Shown: piece after piece, positions 16,820 to 24,000 of the stretch | Numbering within the stretch: the stretch's first letter is position 1 | Layout of the letters: each line of letters starts with the position of its first letter | The notes under the pieces: model-generated | The model's database searches: none | Seen by the model: only the letters and a program-made list of their open reading frames with translations | Told to the model about the DNA's origin: nothing | Assembly: GCA_963698545.1 (NCBI GenBank) | Contig: CAVORG010000036.1 | Span: 78,931-102,930, forward strand | Length of the DNA: 24,000 nt | Reading direction: 5' to 3' | DNA from: an uncultured Planctomycetaceae bacterium | GTDB lineage: Bacteria > Planctomycetota > Planctomycetia > Pirellulales > Pirellulaceae | Position numbers and translations under genes: made by a program

Positions 16820-17284
16820 TTCGAGTTCCTCTCGATGACTCCCTTGTCCTAGTCGCCGTCATTGTGGCACGGGCCTGGCCCCTTGAAAAGTCGCTCCAAG
16901 CATCATTACGACAACGCGCAACGTTAACGAATCGGGCCGCCGTCATTGTCCGGGTGGTGGCGATCTGCCCGCGAGGCCGTGTGGATCACCACGGAGAGCG
17001 CGGAGCAACACAGAGGACAGAATTGCAGCCACCTTTGTGGTTCTCCGTGTCCTCCATGGTCAATTCCATCCGGATTCTTCCTGACTTGATGCTCATGGGG
17101 TGAGCGAAGCGCAACCCTGGGAAGCGGCTTTTCGCCTTCGAACTGTGTGTGACGGCCATGGCCCTCGGCGTTTTGTGTAGACTGTGGGAATACGCTTTCG
17201 GCCGAGCCGGTTTGGCGGGCGTGCCGGTTGCTGACACTCTGTGTTGACCTGCCGGGTCGCGGTAAATTCGTTTCATGGCGTGAC

Positions 17285-19457
17285 ATGACAAATCTTTGCA
17301 TCGGCCTGTTGCTGCTGGCCCATGGCGGCGACGGTCCTGTGGACTTTGATGCGGACGTCGCACCGATCCTGACCAAAGCCGGTTGCAACGCCGGTGCTTG
17401 CCATGGTTCAGCGGCGGGCCGCGGCGACTTTCGCCTGTCGTTGTTCGGAGGCGACTTGGCGGCGGATTATGAACAGATCGTGTGGGCCCTGGAGGGGCGC
17501 CGCATCAACTTGAAGCAGCCGGACGCGAGCCTCTTGCTGACCAAGCCCACCGAATATCTCACGCACGGCGGCGGGCAGCGCTTGGAGTACGACGGCCCTT
17601 GGGCGAGAATCCTCCAACGGTGGATTGAGGAGGGCGCGGTGCGCTCCGAGCAGCCGTCCACGCTCGAGGCGATCACCGTGGACGTGCGCCCCTCGGAGAA
17701 CGCATCCGAGCGTTGGACGTTCGCCATCGACGTCCACGCTCGCTTTCGGTCAGCGCGGGGCGACTTCACGCGAGACGTCGCCGAGCTGTCGATTCTGACC
17801 CCCGATGATCCACAAGCGGTCCTTGTGAAGCCTGGCGGCGTGGTGCATGTCGCTCGGGCCGGCCGTCATACCTTGATCGTCCGTTACCTGAATCAAATCC
17901 AAGCCGTCTCGCTGACCCGCGGCTTGACGCCGGTCGCTGACGTCGCACGCGGCGAGGGCTTGAAGACGAGCGGGAACTGGATCGACGACGAACTGGACGG
18001 CTTGCTGCGCGCCTTGGGGGCGCCGGCTGCTGGACCGTGCGAAGACGGTCCGTGGCTGCGCCGCTTGACCTTGCGGCTAACTGGCCGCTTGCCGGAGGCG
18101 GCGGCCGTCAAGGAATTCCTGGAAGACGCGCGGCCGGACAAGGACGCCTGGGCGATCGAACGCCTGCTGAATTCGGATGAATTCGCGCAGTATTGGAGCT
18201 TTCGGCTGGGCCAGTTGCTGCGGCTGCGGGTTTCCCAACGAGACTCAGCCGGCGATCGTCTTCCGCCAATGGCTGACCGCACAGCTGCGGCAAGATCCAG
18301 CGGATTGGGCGTTGATGTCGCGAACCATGTTATTGGCCCAGGGAGATACGCATGAAGTAGGCCCGGCCAGCATTCACCGTTTGGCGGCGGGTCCGCGCGA
18401 GCAAGCTGAGTACTTCAGCGAAGCGTTCTTGGGGGTGCGTTTGCGATGCGCGAATTGCCACAACCATCCGCTGGATCGTTGGACGCAGGACGACTACCAC
18501 GGATTGGCCGCGATCTTCGCGGGCGTGCAACGAGGCCGAATTATCCGGCTCACCCAAAGCGGCGAAGTCGTTCATCCGCGCACCGGCGAGGCCGCCATGG
18601 CGAAAATCCCCGCGGGCCCGATTCTTAACGGCGCCCAGCGACGCTTCCGCCGACTCGCCTCGAAACTCAAGGGACGCGCCCGAGCGAATCGAACGACTCG
18701 CCGATTGGCTGACATCGAGGGAGAACCCCTGGTTCGCCAAGGCGATCGTGAATCGGCTGTGGCGCGAGCTCATGGGCGCGGCCTGGTCGAGCCGGTGGAC
18801 GATCTCCGCAACTCCAATCCGGGAGTCCATGCCAAGCTGCTCGAGCGTTTGGCGGAGGACTTTCGCCAGCATGATCACAACCTGCGGCGGACGCTAAAGC
18901 TGATCGCGCAGTCGGCGGCCTTTCGACGCTCGGCGATCAACCCGCATCCGCTTGCGGACGGCGGCTATTACGCTCGCTTTGCGACCTCGCCCATGCAAGC
19001 CGAGGTGTGGTTGGACGCCATCGCCGACGCTACCGGCGTCCCCGCAGTCTTCGGTAAGGAACAACAAGCGGCCCGCGCCGTCCTGCTGCAGGATCCATTG
19101 GCTGAGAACGACTCGCTGGATGTCATCGGCCGTTGCGATCGTCAAGACTCGTGCGATTCAGGCGGCGCAGGCGCCAGCGATTTGCGCGTCCGATTGCATC
19201 TGATCAACGGACCCTTGTTGAATGCGCGATTGAGCAGCCCGCAAGGCAAGCTCGCCGAATGGTTGAGCAACGACGCGAAAGACCCGAACGAGATTCTCAA
19301 GTCCCTGTATCTCGCAGCCTTGGCAAGATATCCTCGTGACGATGAGCTCTCATTTTGGCGAAAGGAAATCGAGAACCTGACTCGCGACGAGCAGCGATCG
19401 TTCTGGGAGGACGCGTTCTGGAGCGTGCTCTGCTCGGACGAATTCCTGCGGTATTGA
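17285..19457 (+). CDS. DUF1549/DUF1553 (PSD1-type) planctomycete family protein with an N-terminal Cys motif; three frame breaks (about 18228-18232, 18590-18640, 18774-18780)
   Basis: Stitched from ORFs 17228..18355 and 18177..19457, plus a third-frame segment. N-terminus: MTNLCIGLLLLAHGG...ILTKAGCNAGACHGSAAGRGDFRLSLFG. DUF1549-like: WIDDELDGLLRALG...RRLTLRLTGRLPEAAAVKEFLED...ERLLNSDEFAQYWSFRLGQLLRLR. DUF1553-like: VRLRCANCHNHPLDRWTQDDYHGLAAIF. The third-frame segment ERIERLADWLTSRENPWFAKAIVNRLWRELMG rejoins GRGLVEPVDDLRNSNPGVHAKLLERLAEDF. Confidence 0.8.
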
Positions 19458-19513
19458 ACTGCGGACCGACGCCTGCACCACAACAGCCGACGAGTCGCGA
19501 CGGGATTGGCATT

Positions 19514-20488
19514 ATGATCGAACTCGTCCTTTACGTGCTGGTGTTTATCGTCTTGTCGGGCCTGATGGCGGCGGTCGAAGCGGCCGTGTTAAATGTCTCT
19601 CACGGCGAGGTGGAGGAGCTTCGGGAGCAGGGGGCTTGGGGCGCCGAGGCATTGAAGACGATTACGGCCAGAATCACGCAACCGGTCGTTGTGATGGTGG
19701 TCTTCACCAATACCATCAACATCCTGGGTCCGATCATGGCGGGCCAAAAGGCGATCCAGCTCTTTGGAGGGATCGCCATCGGCGTGATCACGGCGGTGCT
19801 GACTTTGGGGACGATCGTCTTTTCCGAGATCTTACCCAAGTCGCTCGGAAGTCATTACGCACCGCTGATCAGCCGCTTGGCGGCTCCGGCGATTCGCGCC
19901 GGCATTGTCATGTTCTATCCCCTGGTCGTCGTCTTGGAACGGTTTTCCGATGCGCCGAAACGCGGCCAGCGTCGCATTGGAACGGAGGTGCAGATACGCT
20001 CGCTAACCCGAATCGGGCGCCGCGAGGGCTATATCGAAAGCGATGAGGGGCAGCTCGTCCAACGCGCCTTTCTGCTGAACGACAAGACCGCCGCCGACAT
20101 CATGACGCCGCTCGAAAACATCGTGGCCGTGGCGCAAGAGACAACGATCCGTGAGGCCGCTTCGCACGTTTTTCGGCACGCTTATTCGCGTTATCCCGTC
20201 TTCGGAGCTTCAGGAGACGACGTGAAGGGGCTGGTCATGAGCCGCGACATTCTCGAGGCCTTAACCGAAGGCAAGGACCAAGACCCGGTCGCCACCATCT
20301 GTCGCCCCGGTTTCACCGTACCGGCGAGCATGCGATCGGATCTGTTGCTGGCCCGCTTTCGCGACCTGCACATCCATCTAGCCTTGGTCCAGGACCAAGG
20401 CCGAACCGTCGGCCTGGTCACGCTGGAAGACGTCTTGGAAGAGCTGGTCGGAGATATCGAGGACGAAAAAGACGCGGCGCCGCTCTAG
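19514..20488 (+). CDS. CNNM/DUF21 transmembrane domain plus tandem CBS-domain protein (hemolysin/CorC-related family, no CorC_HlyC tail)
   Basis: ORF 19355..20488 is trimmed to Met54 (ATG 19514), because the upstream part overlaps the PSD1 gene end and is Arg/Pro-rich. MIELVLYVLVFIVLSGLMAAVEAAVLNVS...VFSEILPKSLG is the DUF21 membrane domain. AADIMTPLENIVAV...YSRYPVF...VKGLVMSRDIL...HLALVQDQGRTVGLVTLEDVLEELVGDIEDE is the CBS pair. Confidence 0.85.
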   Translation: MIELVLYVLVFIVLSGLMAAVEAAVLNVSHGEVEELREQGAWGAEALKTITARITQPVVVMVVFTNTINILGPIMAGQKAIQLFGGIAIGVITAVLTLGTIVFSEILPKSLGSHYAPLISRLAAPAIRAGIVMFYPLVVVLERFSDAPKRGQRRIGTEVQIRSLTRIGRREGYIESDEGQLVQRAFLLNDKTAADIMTPLENIVAVAQETTIREAASHVFRHAYSRYPVFGASGDDVKGLVMSRDILEALTEGKDQDPVATICRPGFTVPASMRSDLLLARFRDLHIHLALVQDQGRTVGLVTLEDVLEELVGDIEDEKDAAPL

Positions 20489-22209
20489 TTGCCGCCGAAG
20501 GGATTGTCGTTGCCGCCCATCCCGCCGCCGCCGAAGGGATTGTCATTGCCGGCGCCTCCTGCGCCTCCCCCGCCAAACGGGTTGCCGCCGCCCGCCCCGC
20601 CGCCGCCGAACGGATTATCGTTGCCGGCGCCTCCAGCGCCACCGCCGCCAAACGGATTACCGCCGCCCGCGCCACCGCCGCCGAAGGGATTGGCGCCGCC
20701 TGCACCGCCCGCACCGCCGAAGGGATTGTCGCCGCCGGCGCCGCCTCCTCCAAAGGGATTGCCGGCGCCAAACGGATTGGCGGCCGCCGGATCCTTGGCC
20801 GCCGGCTTCACCGGGGCTTGCGGTTGTTGCACTTCCACGGGCTTGTCAAACTCGGCCAATTCCACGTGGGCAATCGGTTCGCCTCCGCCAAGTGGGCGGA
20901 AGCACTGGATCAGGCCGGAATTATCCGCCAGGTAGATGCGATCGGTCAGGGTGTTGGTCAGCGGCGCCAGGCTGGGGTCGTTCAGCCGGGTTTCGCCGAT
21001 CGTTTCGCCGGTCTCTGCGTCCAGGGCGACGAGCCCGGTCATCCGCGAAGTCGCGACATAGACTCGTCCACCAGCGACTCCCAGCACTTGTTCGGTGACG
21101 CCATGCGTCCATTGGGTTTCGCCCGTCGAGGCCTTCAGGCACCACAGGGTTCCGTAGTCGCCGCGCACGAAGAGCTGATCGCCGACAATCAGCGGCTGGC
21201 GGCTGATCGGCTCGGCAAAAGCTCGCGACCACTGCAATTGGCCGAGCATTTCCTCGAGGCAGTAAACGTAGCCGTCCAGGGACGCCATGAAGAGCTGGCC
21301 CCCGGCGTAGGTCGGCTTCGCAATCGCCTTGCCGGTAGTCTCCAAGCGATAGTAGATGCCGTTCTTATTGGCGGGCGCGACGTAATAGAAGCCCCGATCG
21401 GTCGGCCAGACAACGGTGTCCGGCGTGACTACCGGTTGCACCAACGAACGTCCAATGGCCTGATAGCGTCCCGCCGGCTCTTGGGGGTCGGTCAGCGAAT
21501 AGGACTCCAACGCCCCGTCAATGGTGGGAATGAAGGCGAACTTGTTGGAAAGAGCGGGACCCGCCCCGGGCACTCCCTTCAGGCTGCGGCTCCAGAGCAA
21601 GTCGCCGGTGGAGTTCTCCAGCAGATACAACGTCAGCCCGTTGACGACCCCCACCAGCGTGTCGTTCACGCCGGCGGCGGTTGTCGGGTATTGGGGCGAA
21701 CCCACCTTGCGGCTCCACTTGCGGCGACCGGTCTCGCCATCGAAGACATCCACCGTCCCTTGTTCGGAGACGGACACCAGGAGGGAATTGGCTCGGTCCA
21801 ACCGTTCGAGCTTGCCGCGATCTTTCTCGGGGACTTCGACTTCCACACTGCTCCATAAGCCCTTGATAACGTTAATCGAAGCGAGTTTGGCTTCGGCGCG
21901 CTTTTTGGCTTCGAGCGGGCCGATCGGGGTGATCTGACCGGGGGCTACATCGAGTGAGGAGAATTCAAAGATCCGCCCCGCCGAATTGGTGACTCGGTAG
22001 ATGACATGCGGCCGCAGGTGCAGCGTCAGGTTGACCAGCCCGCCGCGCGAGGTGTTGACGCGAGCATTGGCGTACCATGCCTTTTCCAGTCCCAGACCGC
22101 GCACGCGTTGAGAATCGACCAACGAGGCCCTGCTGCCGAATTGAGCCCGCGCCATGCCGGGAAGCATGACGGTCAGCAAGAAGGCCGCGAGAAGCGAAAT
22201 CCGACGCAT
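20485..22209 (-). CDS. Secreted PQQ-like (BamB-type) beta-propeller repeat protein with an NPFG/Gly-rich C-terminal tail
   Basis: Intact 574-aa ORF. Signal peptide: MRRISLLAAFLLTVMLPGMARAQF. Repeated PQQ_2-type blades: VDVFDGETGRRKWS, LYLLENSTGDLLWS, GYVYCLEEMLGQLQWS, TLWCLKASTGETQWT, LVALDAETGETIGE. GAGGT lies upstream of the ATG. Its stop shares the palindrome CTAG (20485-20488) with the convergent CNNM gene. Confidence 0.85.
   Translation of the reverse strand: MRRISLLAAFLLTVMLPGMARAQFGSRASLVDSQRVRGLGLEKAWYANARVNTSRGGLVNLTLHLRPHVIYRVTNSAGRIFEFSSLDVAPGQITPIGPLEAKKRAEAKLASINVIKGLWSSVEVEVPEKDRGKLERLDRANSLLVSVSEQGTVDVFDGETGRRKWSRKVGSPQYPTTAAGVNDTLVGVVNGLTLYLLENSTGDLLWSRSLKGVPGAGPALSNKFAFIPTIDGALESYSLTDPQEPAGRYQAIGRSLVQPVVTPDTVVWPTDRGFYYVAPANKNGIYYRLETTGKAIAKPTYAGGQLFMASLDGYVYCLEEMLGQLQWSRAFAEPISRQPLIVGDQLFVRGDYGTLWCLKASTGETQWTHGVTEQVLGVAGGRVYVATSRMTGLVALDAETGETIGETRLNDPSLAPLTNTLTDRIYLADNSGLIQCFRPLGGGEPIAHVELAEFDKPVEVQQPQAPVKPAAKDPAAANPFGAGNPFGGGGAGGDNPFGGAGGAGGANPFGGGGAGGGNPFGGGGAGGAGNDNPFGGGGAGGGNPFGGGGAGGAGNDNPFGGGGMGGNDNPFGGN
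20488..20778 (-). repeat. Coding low-complexity tandem repeats: nine NPFG motifs in Gly/Ala spacers, including a 25-aa (75-nt) duplication
   Basis: The C-terminal 97 aa read NPFGAG NPFGGGGAGGD NPFGGAGGAGGA NPFGGGGAGGG NPFGGGGAGGAGND NPFGGGGAGGG NPFGGGGAGGAGND NPFGGGGMGGND NPFGGN. The unit NPFGGGGAGGG-NPFGGGGAGGAGND occurs twice in tandem. Confidence 0.9.
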
Positions 22210-22266
22210 GGCGAAACCTCATTCGATGGAAAATGGGTGTGCTGCCCCCTTTGGCGAAACACCTAC

Positions 22267-22284
22267 TTCATCATAATTGATGAA
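22267..22284. promoter_or_regulatory. 18-bp palindrome TTCATCA-TAAT-TGATGAA in an AT-rich patch of the divergent intergenic region (operator/promoter candidate)
   Basis: Perfect 7-bp arms with a 4-nt spacer. It sits between the divergently transcribed PQQ-propeller gene (start 22209) and the unknown gene (start 22488). It also contains CATAAT, a possible -10. It is locally much more AT-rich than the surroundings. Confidence 0.3.
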
Positions 22285-22487
22285 AACCTGGTCGGCATCA
22301 AGGAAATCCGTTCGCCGGCCCGCGAACTGGGGTCCATTTACGGTTCTGCGGGACCGCCCTAGGATGGTGGTTCGGCAGGGGCGATGGCGGGCGCCGCTTC
22401 CCCCGCGTTGCAGCGGGACGATCCGCATAACCCCAGTAATGCTCTTGTTCTTCAGGACGCCGCGGCCCGCGGCGATTCAAGACCGCC

Positions 22488-24000
22488 ATGCCCAACCCTC
22501 GCCCAACACGAGAGATTGACCAAGCCTTGGACGGGATTCTGGGGTACTTGAATTTCTCGTCGGGCGCCGAGGACGCCGCATTCCTGAAGCAGTTGGACGA
22601 GGTGTTTGACTGGTTGGAGCAGCGCAAAATCCGCTTTCCCTACACGACCGCGGGGGAAATGCTGCAAAAGCGATTGCAGCAACTGCGGAAAACCAATCTC
22701 GCCTTTTCCGACGCCCAACAAGCGGACCGGGCCGTGCGCCTGCTGCACGAAAAAGTCGTGCCGGGTTACCTGAAATTCCATGGCTTCACCTTGAGCCATA
22801 TTCACGCCTCGCATGTCATCAACGCCTTTTTCCTGGGCCGAGCCGCCGAGGCGACGCTCATCGCCATGCAGGACCATCCGGACGATTCGGCCGCCGCCAC
22901 GGCCGCCATCGGCCGCTTGAACGACTATGTGGGCCACCGCCCGGTCGCGACTCTGCAGAACAAGCCGCACGCCCCTTACCCCCACGAATGGATCCGCCCG
23001 GTTCCGCTGTACATTCGCGGCGTCGGCGTGCTGCGAGGCCCCTTCGAGGAGGTCGTCACGCGGGCCTTGGAGATGCTGCGGAACACGGAGGAGAGCCTGC
23101 TGCAGGCTTCCTATTTTCACCCCGAGCACCTCGCGGAATTGGCCTTCGACCCGCGGGCGTACGACTTCGAGCATCCGGTGAACAAGCGTCCCAATTACCA
23201 TTTCGGCCAATGGGACCCGCATTGCATCGATCAGCGCGGCTTTTATCAACGCTTTGTCGTGCAGAAGGTGACCCTGGACGCGTTGATGGCCAGGATCCCC
23301 AAGAAAACGGCCCGCTCCGGAAAGCGTCGGCAATTCCTGCTGGAGGAGGCCGCCGCGGTCTTGGCCGGCGTGATCCTGATGGCCTCGGCCGTTAGCGGCG
23401 AAGGTCCGGAATCGCATGACTCGTCGGTCACGCTTGGCAACCTCTTGCCGCGCATCGCGCGTTGCCGAGACGAGTTCTATATTCAGCTTTTGGATCAGAT
23501 GGCCCCCGACCACCGCGAGCAGTTGCTGGCCGAGGCCAAAAGCCGCAAGCAGCCCTTTGGCGGCGCCCGCCAGGACTTGAATGCCGAGTTATCGCGGCGC
23601 CGCGCGAATCAATTGACCTGCGTGCATCTGGCCAAGCTGTACTCGCGGATGGGATACGCCGAGGCGGCCAAGCATCAAATCCACAACGTCCGCACGCCGT
23701 CGGCCAAATTGCACTGCCGCATCGACCGCCAATTATGCGAATGCCAACGGGCCATCGACCGCAAGCAGCTGGACCAGGCGGCCTCGCTGGTGGCGGACAT
23801 CATCGACGAATTGCATCGCGGCATCGATTGCGGCGCCTTGGCCGACCCCTGGTCGATCCTTGGCTTTCAGGCGCAGTTCAGCCTGTTTCGCGCGATTGAG
23901 AACAGCATCTTCGATCACCGCATCGAAGAGCTCCTGGACCTGGTGCATCGCATCTTCAGCAGCATGGCCCGACTATGGAGTGAAGCGGCCGCCATCGAGC
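22488..24000 (+). CDS. Conserved hypothetical protein, function unknown; 3' end lies outside the window
   Basis: Absent from the ORF track because it runs off the right edge. My translation from ATG 22488 is open for all 504 codons and protein-like: MPNPRPTREIDQALDGILGYLNFSSGAEDAAFLKQLDEVFDWLEQRK...NDYVGHRPVATLQNKPHAPYPHEWIRPVPLYIRGVG...NKRPNYHFGQWDPHCIDQRGFYQRFVVQ...ADPWSILGFQAQFSLFRAIENSIFDHRIEELL. The 353-aa antisense ORF 22452..23513 is Arg/Gly/Val-rich and is rejected. Confidence 0.7.
   Translation, partial: MPNPRPTREIDQALDGILGYLNFSSGAEDAAFLKQLDEVFDWLEQRKIRFPYTTAGEMLQKRLQQLRKTNLAFSDAQQADRAVRLLHEKVVPGYLKFHGFTLSHIHASHVINAFFLGRAAEATLIAMQDHPDDSAAATAAIGRLNDYVGHRPVATLQNKPHAPYPHEWIRPVPLYIRGVGVLRGPFEEVVTRALEMLRNTEESLLQASYFHPEHLAELAFDPRAYDFEHPVNKRPNYHFGQWDPHCIDQRGFYQRFVVQKVTLDALMARIPKKTARSGKRRQFLLEEAAAVLAGVILMASAVSGEGPESHDSSVTLGNLLPRIARCRDEFYIQLLDQMAPDHREQLLAEAKSRKQPFGGARQDLNAELSRRRANQLTCVHLAKLYSRMGYAEAAKHQIHNVRTPSAKLHCRIDRQLCECQRAIDRKQLDQAASLVADIIDELHRGIDCGALADPWSILGFQAQFSLFRAIENSIFDHRIEELLDLVHRIFSSMARLWSEAAAIE

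Noticed and set aside
17252-17280. Sigma70-like promoter TTGACC...TAAATT upstream of the PSD1 gene
   Set aside because: The spacer between the hexamers is only about 13 nt, which is outside the functional 16-18 nt range.
19355-19513. N-terminal 53 codons of ORF 19355..20488
   Set aside because: They overlap the end of the PSD1 gene and are Arg/Pro-rich. The hydrophobic DUF21 N-terminus starts at Met54 (19514).
20485-20488. Convergent genes sharing the palindrome CTAG as both stop codons
   Set aside because: It is a real feature of the sequence but a trivial consequence of TAG being part of a palindromic tetranucleotide. No functional implication can be supported.
20488-20778. RTX calcium-binding nonapeptide repeats (GGxGxDxUx) in GGAGNDNPF
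   Set aside because: Only two or three units approximate the pattern. Position 8 is Pro rather than a large aliphatic residue, and the spacing is irregular (11-14 aa, not 9).
20818-21858. 346-aa plus-strand ORF, plus 20489..20935 (Pro-rich, PPPPKGLS)
   Set aside because: Both are antisense to the PQQ-propeller gene. The Pro-rich ORF is simply the reverse reading of the Gly-rich NPFG tail.
22452-23513. 353-aa minus-strand ORF
   Set aside because: It is antisense to a cleaner plus-strand reading frame that is open from 22488 to the window edge. Its composition is Arg/Gly/Val/Leu-biased and unlike real proteins.
1-24000. CRISPR arrays, IS elements, integrases, prophage genes, rRNA
   Set aside because: I found no regularly spaced direct repeats with unique spacers. 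No ORF has transposase (DDE), integrase (R..HxxR..Y) or phage structural signatures, and there are no rRNA-like conserved strings. Evidence that the central cluster is a mobile island is therefore lacking.

Overview
GC-rich bacterial chromosomal segment. The gene content points to Planctomycetota, probably Pirellulales-like: a DUF1549/DUF1553 'PSD1' protein with GCNAGACHG and CANCHNHP motifs, a DUF11-type repeat lipoprotein and a secreted PQQ-like beta-propeller. This assignment rests on family knowledge, not on a search.

Left third, all on the minus strand: the DUF11 lipoprotein (runs off the left edge), an alpha/beta hydrolase, and the conserved translation cluster rpsB-tsf-pyrH-frr. A small zf-HC2 membrane protein and a Crp/Fnr regulator follow.

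Centre, the most interesting part: a plus-strand three-gene operon at 8605-13823, joined by ATGA start/stop overlaps. It encodes (1) a protein with a roughly 240-aa unknown N-terminus and a C-terminal DUF559/Vsr-like endonuclease fold, (2) a roughly 275-aa protein with two globular halves and an acidic Ala/Asp/Ser/Pro repeat linker, and (3) a 1123-aa protein fusing two different P-loop NTPase modules, the C-terminal one HerA/FtsK-like. A SWIM-SNF2 helicase converges on it. I could not place this cluster in any named defence or repair system, and I flag it as a candidate uncharacterised nuclease-ATPase module.

Right third: the PSD1 family protein, a CNNM/CBS membrane protein, a PQQ-like propeller with an NPFG/Gly-rich C-terminal tail, and a conserved unknown gene that runs off the right edge.

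Major caveat: at least 13 frame breaks interrupt recognisable genes, including essential rpsB and tsf. Many sit in short homopolymer or GC-dinucleotide runs, so the supplied ORF track is fragmented and several of its long ORFs are artefacts. I stitched gene models by eye. I found no rRNA, tRNA, CRISPR array, transposase or integrase.
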